From NCBI GenBank assembly GCA_050949565.1, contig JBMNFY010000017.1, forward strand, positions 896,001-960,000: a stretch of DNA of 64,000 nt, given 5' to 3'. Position 1 is the stretch's first letter. Each line of letters starts with the position of its first letter. The translations under genes were made by a program, and so were the position numbers. Origin of the DNA: Kiritimatiellia bacterium (lineage in GTDB: Bacteria; Verrucomicrobiota; Kiritimatiellia; RFP12; UBA1067). Shown here piece after piece: positions 9,479 through 23,335 of the stretch. Below the pieces are notes generated by a model. The model was not told the origin of the DNA. It did no database searches and worked only from the letters and a program-made list of their open reading frames with translations.

Positions 9479-11058
9479 ATGAAGGCAGTGCAAAGAAGAA
9501 GCATGTTTCTCGTAGCGATCTTGACCGTCGCGTGGATGGCGGGACAGGTGGGCGCGGCGGTGGTTGACTTGCGCGCCGAGGCGCGTGCCAACCCGTCGCT
9601 GATGCACCACTACACCTTCGAAGGCCCGCACCAAGGGCCGGCGGGGTGGCAACCAATCTCTCGCATGACGACTATCTGCTCGACCGCAAGGGCGGGTTGC
9701 ACTTGCGAGACGTGGATGTATCACTTCGGGTTCGGTCTCTTATGGACCGGGCTGTCGACACACTGAGCCGCGCGGCGATTGGGATCAAGAACGAAACAAG
9801 ACCATGTTTACCGGTCGCGGCGTGGCGCACGACCGGTGACGACCACCCTACCTGAAGCCTTGACGGTCGAGTGCGTGCTGCGGCCGAACCGGAAGCCGGA
9901 GGACTTACAGCGGCTACATGTCGTCGGGACACGCAATTCTATCGACAGGGATCGGCGCGGCTACTTTCTGCTCATCAACACCAGTGGCAAGCTCGCCTTG
10001 CAAGTCGGCAATCCGGCTGCCGTGTCTTTCTCTGATGAGTTGGAGACCAACCACTGGTATTACGTGGTGACGACCTTCGATGTCACGGCCAGCGGCGCCA
10101 CGACCCAGACGGTCATCAACGCTTACTTTGCGGATCTGACTGCGGGCGGTCCACTGACGCACGCTTTGGCAAACCACACGGTTTCCGGTTTTAACGCCCG
10201 CTATTCCTTCAATCCATCACAGATCGGCATCGGTTGCCTCTGGAACGCAGACAGTGTGCAATACCCTTCACCGGCCTCGATCGATGAGGTGGCGATCTAC
10301 GGCAGCGTGTTCAGCGCCGAGACGATCGACAAACACTTGGAGGCGCTGCGGCGCGAGATGCCAGAAGTCTGGTACCGCGAAATCTTCCCGAGTGATAACA
10401 AGCTGGAGCACCCTTCGACGGAAGAGGGATGGTTCTGCCACTGGGACTCCACGGCCACAACCGTTCCATCAACGATTGTGGTTCCAAAGGCAGACACTGC
10501 TTTTCTGGAAGACGTTTCTCCTGTGGGATCGTCCCCGTCAGGAAGTGGAAGCTCTTTTGGTTACTTGAACAACTATTCCGGCCGACCGCCACCAACTATA
10601 TCTACTGGACCGAAGAAATGACCAACAAGGTCGAGTTCGCGTGGCTACGGGCGATTGAGTTCGACACCCGCTTCGTTGAGGCACGGAGCGTACATGTGGC
10701 GGTACGGCTGGATGTACACGGCACGGCGGCGGACACCTCTGACGACGTGTGGTATATGACGCGGGACTTCACCAATGCGGTCGGCACCAGTTCTCTCTCA
10801 ATACCGAGGGGTAGCAGTCGGTGGTGGCGCCACATACTGGACATGCAGGTGGCTGAATGGACGGTGCTCGACTTCAAACCCGACGTGATACTGGAGCCGG
10901 GCACGACGCAGGCCGTGCCGCCGGAGCGCGCGCGGATCACGGCCTTCGGACTGTTCCATCCGATTCATGTTCACACCAAAAACGAGCGTATCGATAACTA
11001 CACGCTCTACGTGCGCAAGATCTATCCGCCGCTGGGGACGTTGATCAGCGTGCGGTAG
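9479..11058 (+). pseudogene. Frameshifted secreted LamG/concanavalin-like domain protein
   Basis: Signal peptide and HHYTFEG, then coding-like text continues through frames 9646-9855, 9779-10621 (HWYYVV..SIDEVAIY LamG motif) and 10429-11058; at least 3 shifts; ends YPPLGTLISVR. Confidence 0.75.
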
Positions 11059-11087
11059 CCAGAACGCTCAACGTTCAACGCGGAAAC

Positions 11088-11138
11088 GGGAGGGGCAAGC
11101 GTCTGCTTGACCGGCGGCGTAAACGCCGCCCACAGAAC
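11088..11138. repeat. REP-like palindromic repeat
   Basis: GGGAGGGGCAAGCGTCTGCTTG plus GGCGGCGTAAACGCCGCCCACAGAAC; inverted relative of 946-999. Confidence 0.7.
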
Positions 11139-11291
11139 CGGGCGCGCATCTTGGAGTGCGGTGACAAGAGCCGCGCTGTGCGCGGGTCGCGGCACCGCTT
11201 TCCCTCCGCGCTGCGCGCGGAGGGCGGCTCGGAAGCCCGGAGAGGGTGACAAACGTCCAAGCTACAGACAGGGAAAATTGGGAGGAAAGGA

Positions 11292-14252
11292 ATGAGGTCA
11301 ATGAGGAGCATTCTGCTGATTGTTTGCATAGGGATGGCGGGGAGTACGCTGGCGGCAGAGTTGGCGGCAGGCTGGACACATTCTGTGGCGGTCAGGGACG
11401 GCCGGGTTTGGACGTGGGGCGATAACGCCTATGGACAACTGGGCCAGCCGGATGCGGGACGTGCGTTGCGTCCGCGCCCTGTCGCCGGGCTCGATGGCGT
11501 CACGGCGGTGTCGGCGGCGTGGCACACGCTGGCGGTCACCCGCGATGGCCACGTCTATGCCTGGGGCCGCAATGATTTAGGCCAGCTCGGCAACGGGCGG
11601 TGCGGCATCGGTGAAAAATCTTATGAGCCGGTGCGCGTGGATGGGCTGGAGCACATCGTCGCGGTCGCGGCGGGGTGGGATCACTCGCTGGCCTTGGCGC
11701 GCGACGGCCAGGTCTACGCATGGGGCTGTCGCTCTCACGGTCAGCTCGGCGACGGTGTGCGTAAGACCGGCGAGCCCGTAACCCGGCCGCAGGCCGTGCC
11801 GGGGCTGACGCAGATCAAGATGATCGCGGCGGGCGGCCAACATAGCTTGGCACTCGGCAACGACGGCACGGTTTACGCGTGGGGCAGCAATTGGAATGGT
11901 CAGCTCGGCAACGGCAAAACTGGAAGAGGTACGCACAGCGCGACGCCGCAAGCGGCGGTCGGGCCGAACGGCAAGGGGGCGCTCACTGGTGCAGTTTCCA
12001 TCGCGGCGGGTGCTCTGCACAGCGTGGCGGTGGCGGCGGACGGCACGGTTTACGCGTGGGGCTACAATGGTACCGGACAGGTGCCGGAGGGTGGACGCGG
12101 CGGGTTTTGGGAGACTCAGGGCAAGCGCAGTATAGGCGTGCCGACTGCCGCGCTGGCGACCGGCAAGCCGGCGAAGACTTTCAATAACGGGCTGGCGGTG
12201 GCGGCAGGGTATGAGGCCACTTATGTGTTGGACAAGGATGGACATGTGCATGCGGCGGGCTGGAGCATGTACGGCGAGCAGGCGTCCGGCGGAACCGGTG
12301 GCGGCAACCGCGATGTCCTGTGTCCTGTGACCACGGGACGTGCGGTCACTTGGCAGAATCCACCGCCCGGGGTCTGGCAACCGGGGCTGATCTACCTTTA
12401 TACGGATGAAGCCCACCTCGACAAAGGTGTCAAGGATCTGGAGACGATTGACGTGTTCAAGGGTGCGCCAGTCAAAGTCGGCAATAAAGGGGCGACAGGT
12501 ATGCAGAGCGGCTCGATCTCGCGCAATGCTGATCACGTCGAAGCTGCGGCCACACTGGTCTACCCGGTGCTGGCAGAAGCCGGGAAACCTTTGAAGTGCA
12601 TGCTGACGCGGCTGATGTTCGGCGTACATGCCGGGGACAATGACTTCGCTACCCAAGTGCGGTTGCGTTGGACAAATGTTGATAGCGGCGAAGTTGTTGA
12701 TGTTCCGCTGGACTCGGATGCTGGCATGGGAAAGGGCATGATGCCGCAAATTGGCGGCGTGGTCGAGATGGCTGGCGGTATGCATCACGCTGTGGCGCGT
12801 GACCGTGACGGTGTCATCTGGGCTTGGGGGCACAACGGCTTCGGGCAAGTCGGCGACGGCAGCGTTCATGACGGTGCGGTGGCGCAGAAACTGACAGACT
12901 TCGACGCCAAGGTTGCGGCATTGCCGCGCCAGCGTGAAGCGCGTCAGAAGAGTGACAATCGACCGCCACGCGGTAACTCCATCAATGTGCGCGAACGCGG
13001 GGCCAAGGGCGACGGCATCACGCTGGATCAAGCGGCGTTGCAAAAAGTGATTGATGATTGCGCTCAGAACGGCGGCGGCACGGTCTGGTTCCCGCCGGGC
13101 TATTACCTGACCGGCACCCTGTTCATGCGCGACAACGTGCGCTTGCACCTCAACGCGGGCGCGACGATTTTGGCGGCGACCAACCGCGACCACTTTACGG
13201 GCAAGGCGCTGATACAGGCTGACGATGTCAGCGGCATTGCGATCACCGGCGAGGGCGTGATCGACGCGCGCGGCGCATTTGTCGGGGCGCGCGACTGGCG
13301 GCACTACTGCTTGCACATGACCAACTGCCGCAATGTGTTGCTGGAGGGGGTCAGCACAATCAACTCCGGTTCATGGACCCAGCACTACATCCGCTGCATC
13401 GGCTTGACGATCCGCGGCGTGATGGTACGCAGCCTGCTGCCCGGTCGCAACAACGACGGTATTGATCTCTCCGGTTGCGAGAACGTCAGGATCGAGAAGT
13501 GTACGGTGATCTCCGATGACGACGCGATCGTGATCAAGAGTCAGACCGGCGACCGCGAGAACCGCAACATCGAGGTTGTCGACAACGTCTGTCACACCTA
13601 CCGCGGGGCGTTCAAGCTCGGCACGGAGACGCGCGGGGCGTATTCCAATATCGTCTGCCGTAACCTGACCTGCTACGGCGCAAAAGCGATGGAGCTTTAT
13701 TCGGTCGATGGTTCGGAAGCACAGGACATTCGGGTTGAGAACGTGCGGGCTTACGATGCGTTGGTGGCGATCAACATACGCCTCGGGGCACGTCTCCGCA
13801 AAGAGTACTGGGCCAAGGGGTTGAAGCCTAAAGTCGGATTCTTGCGGAACATCAGCATACGCAACGTGACCGGCAACACGGCCACGCGCGCGTGGCGCGA
13901 CCTGCTGCTGGAGCACAACATAACCGATGGCGAGTGGGCCACGGGGCGTCCGGAGCGTGCGTACGACAGTTGCATTTCCGGACTGCCGGAACATTTTGTG
14001 GAGAATGTGAAGATCGAGCAGGTGGATGTCCGGGTGCCCGGCGGTACCGAGGCTGTGCCGGATGCGGCCACACTGCCAGAGCGACCAGAGGCTTATCCGC
14101 ACGCCGGCAATTTCGGGGTTTTGCCCGCACACGGCATTTTTGTGCGTCATGCGCGCGATGTCACGATACGCAAGACGCGTTTCAAGACCGAGTCGCCGGA
14201 CGCCCGCCCGCCTTTTGCGGCACACAACGCGCCGGGATTCAGCGTAGAGTGA
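11292..14252 (+). CDS. Secreted RCC1/BLIP-II repeat protein fused to a GH28-like beta-helix glycoside hydrolase
   Basis: Signal peptide; repeated AAGxxHSLAL..G.VYAWG.N..GQLG; NVRERGAKGDG, NNDGIDL, SDDDAI and FKLGTE GH28-type motifs. Confidence 0.85.
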   Translation: MRSMRSILLIVCIGMAGSTLAAELAAGWTHSVAVRDGRVWTWGDNAYGQLGQPDAGRALRPRPVAGLDGVTAVSAAWHTLAVTRDGHVYAWGRNDLGQLGNGRCGIGEKSYEPVRVDGLEHIVAVAAGWDHSLALARDGQVYAWGCRSHGQLGDGVRKTGEPVTRPQAVPGLTQIKMIAAGGQHSLALGNDGTVYAWGSNWNGQLGNGKTGRGTHSATPQAAVGPNGKGALTGAVSIAAGALHSVAVAADGTVYAWGYNGTGQVPEGGRGGFWETQGKRSIGVPTAALATGKPAKTFNNGLAVAAGYEATYVLDKDGHVHAAGWSMYGEQASGGTGGGNRDVLCPVTTGRAVTWQNPPPGVWQPGLIYLYTDEAHLDKGVKDLETIDVFKGAPVKVGNKGATGMQSGSISRNADHVEAAATLVYPVLAEAGKPLKCMLTRLMFGVHAGDNDFATQVRLRWTNVDSGEVVDVPLDSDAGMGKGMMPQIGGVVEMAGGMHHAVARDRDGVIWAWGHNGFGQVGDGSVHDGAVAQKLTDFDAKVAALPRQREARQKSDNRPPRGNSINVRERGAKGDGITLDQAALQKVIDDCAQNGGGTVWFPPGYYLTGTLFMRDNVRLHLNAGATILAATNRDHFTGKALIQADDVSGIAITGEGVIDARGAFVGARDWRHYCLHMTNCRNVLLEGVSTINSGSWTQHYIRCIGLTIRGVMVRSLLPGRNNDGIDLSGCENVRIEKCTVISDDDAIVIKSQTGDRENRNIEVVDNVCHTYRGAFKLGTETRGAYSNIVCRNLTCYGAKAMELYSVDGSEAQDIRVENVRAYDALVAINIRLGARLRKEYWAKGLKPKVGFLRNISIRNVTGNTATRAWRDLLLEHNITDGEWATGRPERAYDSCISGLPEHFVENVKIEQVDVRVPGGTEAVPDAATLPERPEAYPHAGNFGVLPAHGIFVRHARDVTIRKTRFKTESPDARPPFAAHNAPGFSVE

Positions 14253-14288
14253 ACTTTCAACGCTCAACGCTCAACGTTAAAGTTACAG

Positions 14289-14389
14289 GAGGCACTTGCA
14301 AAACCCCTCGTGGCATGGGCGTCCCGCCCATGAAACACGGGCAAGATGCCCGTGCCACACCTGTAAACAAGGAGTTTTGCAAGATCCTC
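14289..14389. mobile_element. MITE (101 bp) with IS-derived TIRs enclosing a REP doublet
   Basis: GAGGCACTTGCAAAACCCC ... GTTTTGCAAGATCCTC; ACAG duplicated on both flanks; matches the left end of the IS at 48037. Confidence 0.85.
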
Positions 14390-14422
14390 ACAGATAAGGG
14401 GAAACGGAAGAAAGGGATACGG

Positions 14423-16441
14423 ATGATAAGAGTCTTTGGCGCAATGATGCTCTGCGCGGCAACGTTCGCTTCCGCGGCAAACCTGCTGGTCAACGGCGGA
14501 TTTGAGGACGAGCTGACGTCGGCCTGGGAGCGGCGCACACCGGACAGCGCGGCGCGTAAAATCTGGCGCGCGACTGGCGAGGGACGCAGCGGCGCGGCGG
14601 CGGTGTTGGAGAATGTCGAGCCGGTGCAGACGCGCCTGCGGCAGGGACACGACCGCTCGATCAAAATCAAGCCGGGCAGCCGGATCGAACTCACAGCTTG
14701 GATTAAATCCGCCATGAACGCGGAGGGCGTGACCTCGCTGCAGATCTACTGCATGAATGAAAAAGGCGGTATCGTCTCGCAACCGATTGCAGTGGGGCCG
14801 GGCGGCACTTTTGATTGGACCCGCTTCCGTCTGCGGACTGTTGTGCCAGAGGGCACGGCATACGTGATGGCCTACTTGCAGATCAATCAGGGCGTCGGCA
14901 AAGCATGGTTCGACGACGTCGCGTTGACGGTGCGCCAACCCCCGGAGCCACTGCCGCCGGAGCCTACGGTCGTGCTGTTCAGCGACCTGCCGGACGACCA
15001 CGCAACGGTCAAAAACGCCAAGATTCTTTTCGGCGCAGGGCTGGTCAAAGCTACGGGAACACCGACCACCGCACTTGCAAACGCGGCAGGAGCACTGGCC
15101 TTGTACGATGGCGCGTTGTCATCGGAAGTCTGGCCGATGCTCAAGGGCTTCACAGAGAAGGGCGGGCGTGTATTTATGGACATGCGTTGTTTCGCGGCGG
15201 CGCACGGGAGCGCGGCGGTGGCGGTGAAGGTCGGCGATCCCGCTGTCAAAAACCTGCAAGCGCAGATGCAGGCTGGGCTGAAAGTCGTGCGGGAGGATGA
15301 TGCCACGGCGGGGTTCGCAACGGGACAGGTCATACCGCGCATGGGTTGGACGGATGGCAAGTTGTTGGTTCTGCCGCAGGATTTTAGTGCGGAAGGTTTG
15401 GAGGTTCTGGCCGAGGGCCCCAGCGGCGAGCCGGGGTTGGTTAAACAGACCATCGGCAAAGGACGTATCACAGCCTGCGACCTGCTCTCTCTGCGCGAAC
15501 CTTTTTACCGCAACGTTGACGCGTACCACGCCTTCACGCCGGTCAGCGGGGCGTTGGGCAATCCTGCATCGTTTGGGCAGTACTATCCGAAAAAGATGCC
15601 CTATGACGGCGTGGTGGCAGAGATGCGGCGACTGGCAGAGAAATATCCGGCGATCAGCATCGAAGACGAAGGCGAGGCATCGGGCGGTTATCGGTTGTGG
15701 AGCCTGAACCTCGGTACGCCGGGTAAATCGTTCTACTTCCTTTACTCATCGGCGCACGGCAGTGAGTGGGAACCGGGGTATGGGTTGATGACATTCGCGC
15801 GGCACATTGCCGAGGGACGGATGCGCGATGCGGTTGATTTAAGCGCGGTTCGGATCAAAATCATCCCGCTGATCAATCCCTCCGGCTATGACAAACGACA
15901 GCGGCAGAATGCCAACGGGGTGGATTTAAACCGGCAAGGCGACTACCGCTGGGAACGTTACAAGGGGCGCGACAGTAACAATGACGGCGCGTACGGTCCG
16001 TTCGATTACGACTGGAAGGGAGCGGCGCCGTTCACGGAACCGGAAGCCGTAGCTTACAAGCGGATCATCAGCGACCCGACCCTGCACTGCATTCTGGATT
16101 TTCACGGCAACACCAGCGTCAAGGCCAACAAATTCGGCATCCTGCCTGTAACGGCACATCCGGATAACGAGGACCGGGCACTTGCGATGCAGCGGATCGC
16201 CAACCTGCGGTTGCGTGGCAGACACCTGTTGCGACAGAACGACGAAAAGGAGCCGTCGCAATATCTGCTCGATTTTCTCATCCCCAACAGCGGCATTCCG
16301 GGGTTGATGAACAACGGAGCCGCGGGACGTTTCGGGTTCCTGATCGAGATGACCTGCGGCTACGGTGAGTCTTACGGGACAGTCTTGCAGACCGATTTCG
16401 TCTGTGAAATGTGCCGCGCACTTTTTATCGCTTATCGGTGA
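14423..16441 (+). CDS. Secreted M14 zinc carboxypeptidase-family protein with an N-terminal CBM4/9-like domain
   Basis: ATG 14423 after a purine-rich RBS; signal peptide; NLLVNGGFE..AWFDDV; HGSEWE, NANGVDLNR and LDFHG motifs. Confidence 0.82.
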   Translation: MIRVFGAMMLCAATFASAANLLVNGGFEDELTSAWERRTPDSAARKIWRATGEGRSGAAAVLENVEPVQTRLRQGHDRSIKIKPGSRIELTAWIKSAMNAEGVTSLQIYCMNEKGGIVSQPIAVGPGGTFDWTRFRLRTVVPEGTAYVMAYLQINQGVGKAWFDDVALTVRQPPEPLPPEPTVVLFSDLPDDHATVKNAKILFGAGLVKATGTPTTALANAAGALALYDGALSSEVWPMLKGFTEKGGRVFMDMRCFAAAHGSAAVAVKVGDPAVKNLQAQMQAGLKVVREDDATAGFATGQVIPRMGWTDGKLLVLPQDFSAEGLEVLAEGPSGEPGLVKQTIGKGRITACDLLSLREPFYRNVDAYHAFTPVSGALGNPASFGQYYPKKMPYDGVVAEMRRLAEKYPAISIEDEGEASGGYRLWSLNLGTPGKSFYFLYSSAHGSEWEPGYGLMTFARHIAEGRMRDAVDLSAVRIKIIPLINPSGYDKRQRQNANGVDLNRQGDYRWERYKGRDSNNDGAYGPFDYDWKGAAPFTEPEAVAYKRIISDPTLHCILDFHGNTSVKANKFGILPVTAHPDNEDRALAMQRIANLRLRGRHLLRQNDEKEPSQYLLDFLIPNSGIPGLMNNGAAGRFGFLIEMTCGYGESYGTVLQTDFVCEMCRALFIAYR

Positions 16442-16807
16442 CGGCCGTTTTCAGGGTTGCGGCACCACGCGAATCCACAGGGTTTTCCCCGCTGACGGGC
16501 CGTAGCCCTTCATCACGCACAGCGTGGACCCTACGGTTATGACGTCTTGTGTGTAGGGCAGGGTATAGAGGTGCGTTTCTCCTGTCAAACAGATCTCATC
16601 CAAATCCGCGCCGGGGTCGGGGACGAAGGCGGAGCGCCCTTGGTGGACGTTATTGACGTTGTTGACATCGTGGACACTTGGACGCTGGAAGCGATGCGGG
16701 CAATTTTGTCTCACCCCGCAAAACAGTGTCATTATGGCCCGTTTTGTTTTGAGAGTTTGTTTAATTATCCTGTTGATTATCAACAGGTTAGGCTCTTTTA
16801 TTGATTG

Positions 16808-16823
16808 TGGCACGGTGGGTGCT
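16808..16823 (+). promoter_or_regulatory. Sigma54-type promoter upstream of clpB (TGGCACGGTGGGTGCT)
   Basis: Perfect TGGCACG with GG-N10-GC spacing; predicted +1 lies just before the AAGGAG RBS; no CIRCE element seen. Confidence 0.6.
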
Positions 16824-16852
16824 TATATCAGGTACCACAAGGAGACCACACC

Positions 16853-19453
<2,601 letters not shown>

Positions 19454-19494
19454 TTGGAATTTAGGATTTAGGAGTTAGGAGTTTTGCGAAGGGC

Positions 19495-19516
19495 GGGGCG
19501 GCTCGCCGCCCCTTTT
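19495..19516 (+). terminator. Rho-independent terminator of clpB
   Basis: GGGGCGG-CTCG-CCGCCCC followed by TTTT. Confidence 0.6.
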
Positions 19517-19700
19517 GCACTCATCATTGCGAGCCACTGCGTGGTCGCAATAAGAAAGGTTGACCCGCGACCCGCGACTTGTGGCCAGCCCTGCCCCCCT
19601 AAAAAAACCTTCGTGGCCTTTGTGCCTTTGTGTGAGAAAAAATCCTAAATCCTCACTCCTAACTCCTCACTGCTCACTCCGCTCACTCCGCGCGGAGCGC
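19513..19700. repeat. Dispersed intergenic repeat with TTGCGAGCCACTGCGTGGTCGCAA hairpin and heptamer tracts
   Basis: About 100 bp shared with 9154-9250; hairpin also near 8698 and 30408; (A/C)TCCT(A/C)A-type heptamer runs on both sides. Confidence 0.75.
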
Positions 19701-21701
19701 GGAAGCCGGCGTGCAGAGATCGGTCCAATCATAGAAGCGGAGCGCGTTCTGCACGCACAGCGCGAAGTTGAAGCGATCGGCGCGGCGGATCACCTCTGCC
19801 CACGCGAGCGGGGCGTCCGCCAGTTCGAGTTTCGCGAACAGCGTCGGTTCGGCGGCGAAGGCATGTGCGGCGGCAACAGCCAACCCGCCCCGCGCATGCA
19901 GGATCACCGGAGCGCCCCCGTGCGCAGCGGCGTGCGCCCGTGCGCAGACGATAATCTCCTCCGCGCGTCGTCCGACCAACGATTCACCAAGCAGATAGAG
20001 CATGACGCCGATGCCCTCGTCAGTGTGCTTCGAACCATAGAAGCGATGCTTACACGCGCTGATCTCGCCGACCGCAGTCAGGTCGGTCGCCATCACGGGG
20101 TGGCCGGACGCCAGATAGGACGTGACCGTCTCCACCGCCTGCGTGCGGCCGCCTTCCGCAAGCACCAGCACAGGCGCGCCGGACACTTTTTCCGGAAGCA
20201 ATGTGACCGCCGGCCAAGTGAGACGGCCCGGCAATGCGAAGTGTTGGCGAACGGTGGTAAATCCTTCGCCCGCCTGACGGCCGGTCTCTGTGCGTGTGGC
20301 GTTCAACTCGGCCAGCGGACGGATACCCGCCAACTCGCGGACTTTGCGGACACGCGCATCACCGACCAGCGGCGCACGCTGCTTCTCGATGGCGGCCAGT
20401 TCGTCGCGCATGATGTCGTAGACCGAGCGCGCCCCCGGCAGGTCGCGCACTTGGCCGGTCGACGTGACCCACGCATCCGGCTCCTGCAGCCCGCAGTCTG
20501 CGCTCTTGGCATCGTAAGATGCACACGACGCACGCAGTGCCGGCAGATCCAGCGGCAGCGCCGCAGTCTCGTCACGTAGCCAGCGGCGCATCCACTGGAC
20601 CGATCCCACACGATTGCCCTCTTTCCAGCCGTGCGGACCGGGCACGTCCAACATCGCCACGCGTTCGCCCCAACCGAAGCGCTCGAACACAGCACGCGCT
20701 ACGGCGTAACTTTTCTCACTGCCGGCGAACGGGAAGAAGTCGCCGTGCGCACAGTTCATGCAGACCGGCATCGGCGCGCGCGCCAACAGATAGCCGGCGT
20801 GGTTCATCCCGAAAGCAAGCTGCCCGAAGAAATTCTGCTCGGCATCCTGCGGGCCGCAGCGGTCGCAGACATCGCGTAGCGTGGAAATGTAGCAAGAGGG
20901 CGCGCCAGCACCGATCCGATCGTCCAACGCCATGATGTAGGACGAGAGCGTGCCACCGCCACTGTTACCCATCACCCCCAACCGCTGCTTGTCAATCTCC
21001 GGCCGCTCCTGCAGATAGTCCAGCACGCGCATGCCGTCCCAGATCCTGAAGCGCGCCGTGTTCCAGCCCAACAGCATGGCACTGACGCCGGTGATGTTGT
21101 GGCCATGGACATTGTGGGGCGGTTTTTTACCGGGCAGTTGCAACCGCTCGCCTTGATCGATCGGGTCATAGATCAGTGCCGCAAGGCCCGCCTGCGCGGC
21201 CAGCACCGCACCGCGCTGGTAATCTTTGGAGGCTTTGCCGTTACCGCTATGACCGCAACAGATTAGGACCGCTGGAAAAGGCGGTTTGAAAGCCGGAGCT
21301 TGGGGCAAGAAAAGGTGCCCAGTGACAAAGTGGCCGGGTTGGCTTTCGAGCAGAATTTTTTCGATCTTATAGCCTTCGCGATCCACGCTGCCGGTGACGC
21401 GTGCATTGAGCGGCGTGCGTGCTGGGAAGCCGCCGAACGAGGCCATCCAGCGTTCACGCAACTGTTTTTGGTGTGCGGCAAGTGCTTCTTTGGTCGTCAA
21501 TGTGCCCCACGCCCTGTCAGCCGCCTCGTCTGCGGCGAGCACCTGGCTGAACACCGCCTCGTGCGAGGCCAGGCCGGCCGTGACCAACACCGGCACGGCT
21601 AGCGCGTCGGCCACCGCACCCGGCCGAGGCGCCGCCGCGACCGTACCAGCCGCTGTCGCGGCGATCAACGTGCACATTACAATCCGTCGTGTCATTGTCA
21701 C
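19683..21701 (-). CDS. Secreted alpha/beta-hydrolase (acetylxylan esterase-like)
   Basis: Signal peptide; CGHS..GK, YDPIDQGER and the GNSGGG nucleophile elbow; degenerate second hydrolase domain. Confidence 0.82.
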   Translation of the reverse strand: MTMTRRIVMCTLIAATAAGTVAAAPRPGAVADALAVPVLVTAGLASHEAVFSQVLAADEAADRAWGTLTTKEALAAHQKQLRERWMASFGGFPARTPLNARVTGSVDREGYKIEKILLESQPGHFVTGHLFLPQAPAFKPPFPAVLICCGHSGNGKASKDYQRGAVLAAQAGLAALIYDPIDQGERLQLPGKKPPHNVHGHNITGVSAMLLGWNTARFRIWDGMRVLDYLQERPEIDKQRLGVMGNSGGGTLSSYIMALDDRIGAGAPSCYISTLRDVCDRCGPQDAEQNFFGQLAFGMNHAGYLLARAPMPVCMNCAHGDFFPFAGSEKSYAVARAVFERFGWGERVAMLDVPGPHGWKEGNRVGSVQWMRRWLRDETAALPLDLPALRASCASYDAKSADCGLQEPDAWVTSTGQVRDLPGARSVYDIMRDELAAIEKQRAPLVGDARVRKVRELAGIRPLAELNATRTETGRQAGEGFTTVRQHFALPGRLTWPAVTLLPEKVSGAPVLVLAEGGRTQAVETVTSYLASGHPVMATDLTAVGEISACKHRFYGSKHTDEGIGVMLYLLGESLVGRRAEEIIVCARAHAAAHGGAPVILHARGGLAVAAAHAFAAEPTLFAKLELADAPLAWAEVIRRADRFNFALCVQNALRFYDWTDLCTPASALRAE

Positions 21702-21756
21702 TCTCCCGGTTACGTAATCGGTTAGCGGCAGGGGTGACGCGAGTCGAATGCGTGCC

Positions 21757-21923
21757 TGGTTTCAGATTTCATTGCGAAGCGCTGGGAGGGGCAAGCGTCT
21801 GCTTGCCCGCGGACGAGCAGGCGCTCGTCCCTCCCAGCGGCGGCCATGCCGCCGCCCAGCAAAATCTCTGCGTCTCTGTCTCTGCGTCTCTGCGTTAAAA
21901 AACGCTCAACTCTCAACGCTCAA
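21757..21923. repeat. Composite intergenic repeat with an internal REP doublet (copy 1)
   Basis: Homologous to 27571-27746 along its length. Confidence 0.8.
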
Positions 21924-22023
21924 GGAAAGCGGGCGATGACGCCCGTGCCCCCGACTCACCCATCCCACCTTTCATCAGAAACACGCGAGCTTCGCGCGCC
22001 TCTGCCACCAACCGATTACTCGG

Positions 22024-23163
<1,140 letters not shown>

Positions 23164-23191
23164 TTTGGGTCTCCTTTTTTTTGAAAATGTC

Positions 23192-23325
23192 GAGGCACTT
23201 GCAAAACCCTCGTTGCTCTTTCATGGGCGGGACGCCCATGCCACGAAGGATGTGGCACGGGCATCTTGCCCGTGTTTGCTTCATGGGCGGGACGCCCATG
23301 CCACAGGGGGTTTTGCAAGAGCCTC
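23192..23325. mobile_element. MITE with IS-derived TIRs and three REP palindromes
   Basis: GAGGCACTTGCAAAACCC ... GGGGGTTTTGCAAGAGCCTC, the latter identical to the IS TIR. Confidence 0.85.
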
Positions 23326-23335
23326 ATGTGTGATA

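Noticed and set aside
13892-14422. N-terminal extensions given in the ORF track (13892, 16805, 27492, 31934, 42399, 43257)
   Set aside because: They run through repeats or neighbouring genes; downstream starts with RBS or signal peptides fit better
16451-16813. 120-aa minus-strand ORF between the M14 gene and clpB
   Set aside because: It crosses a 9-bp repeat tract and the clpB promoter; the last ~50 codons could be a gene remnant but nothing is recognisable
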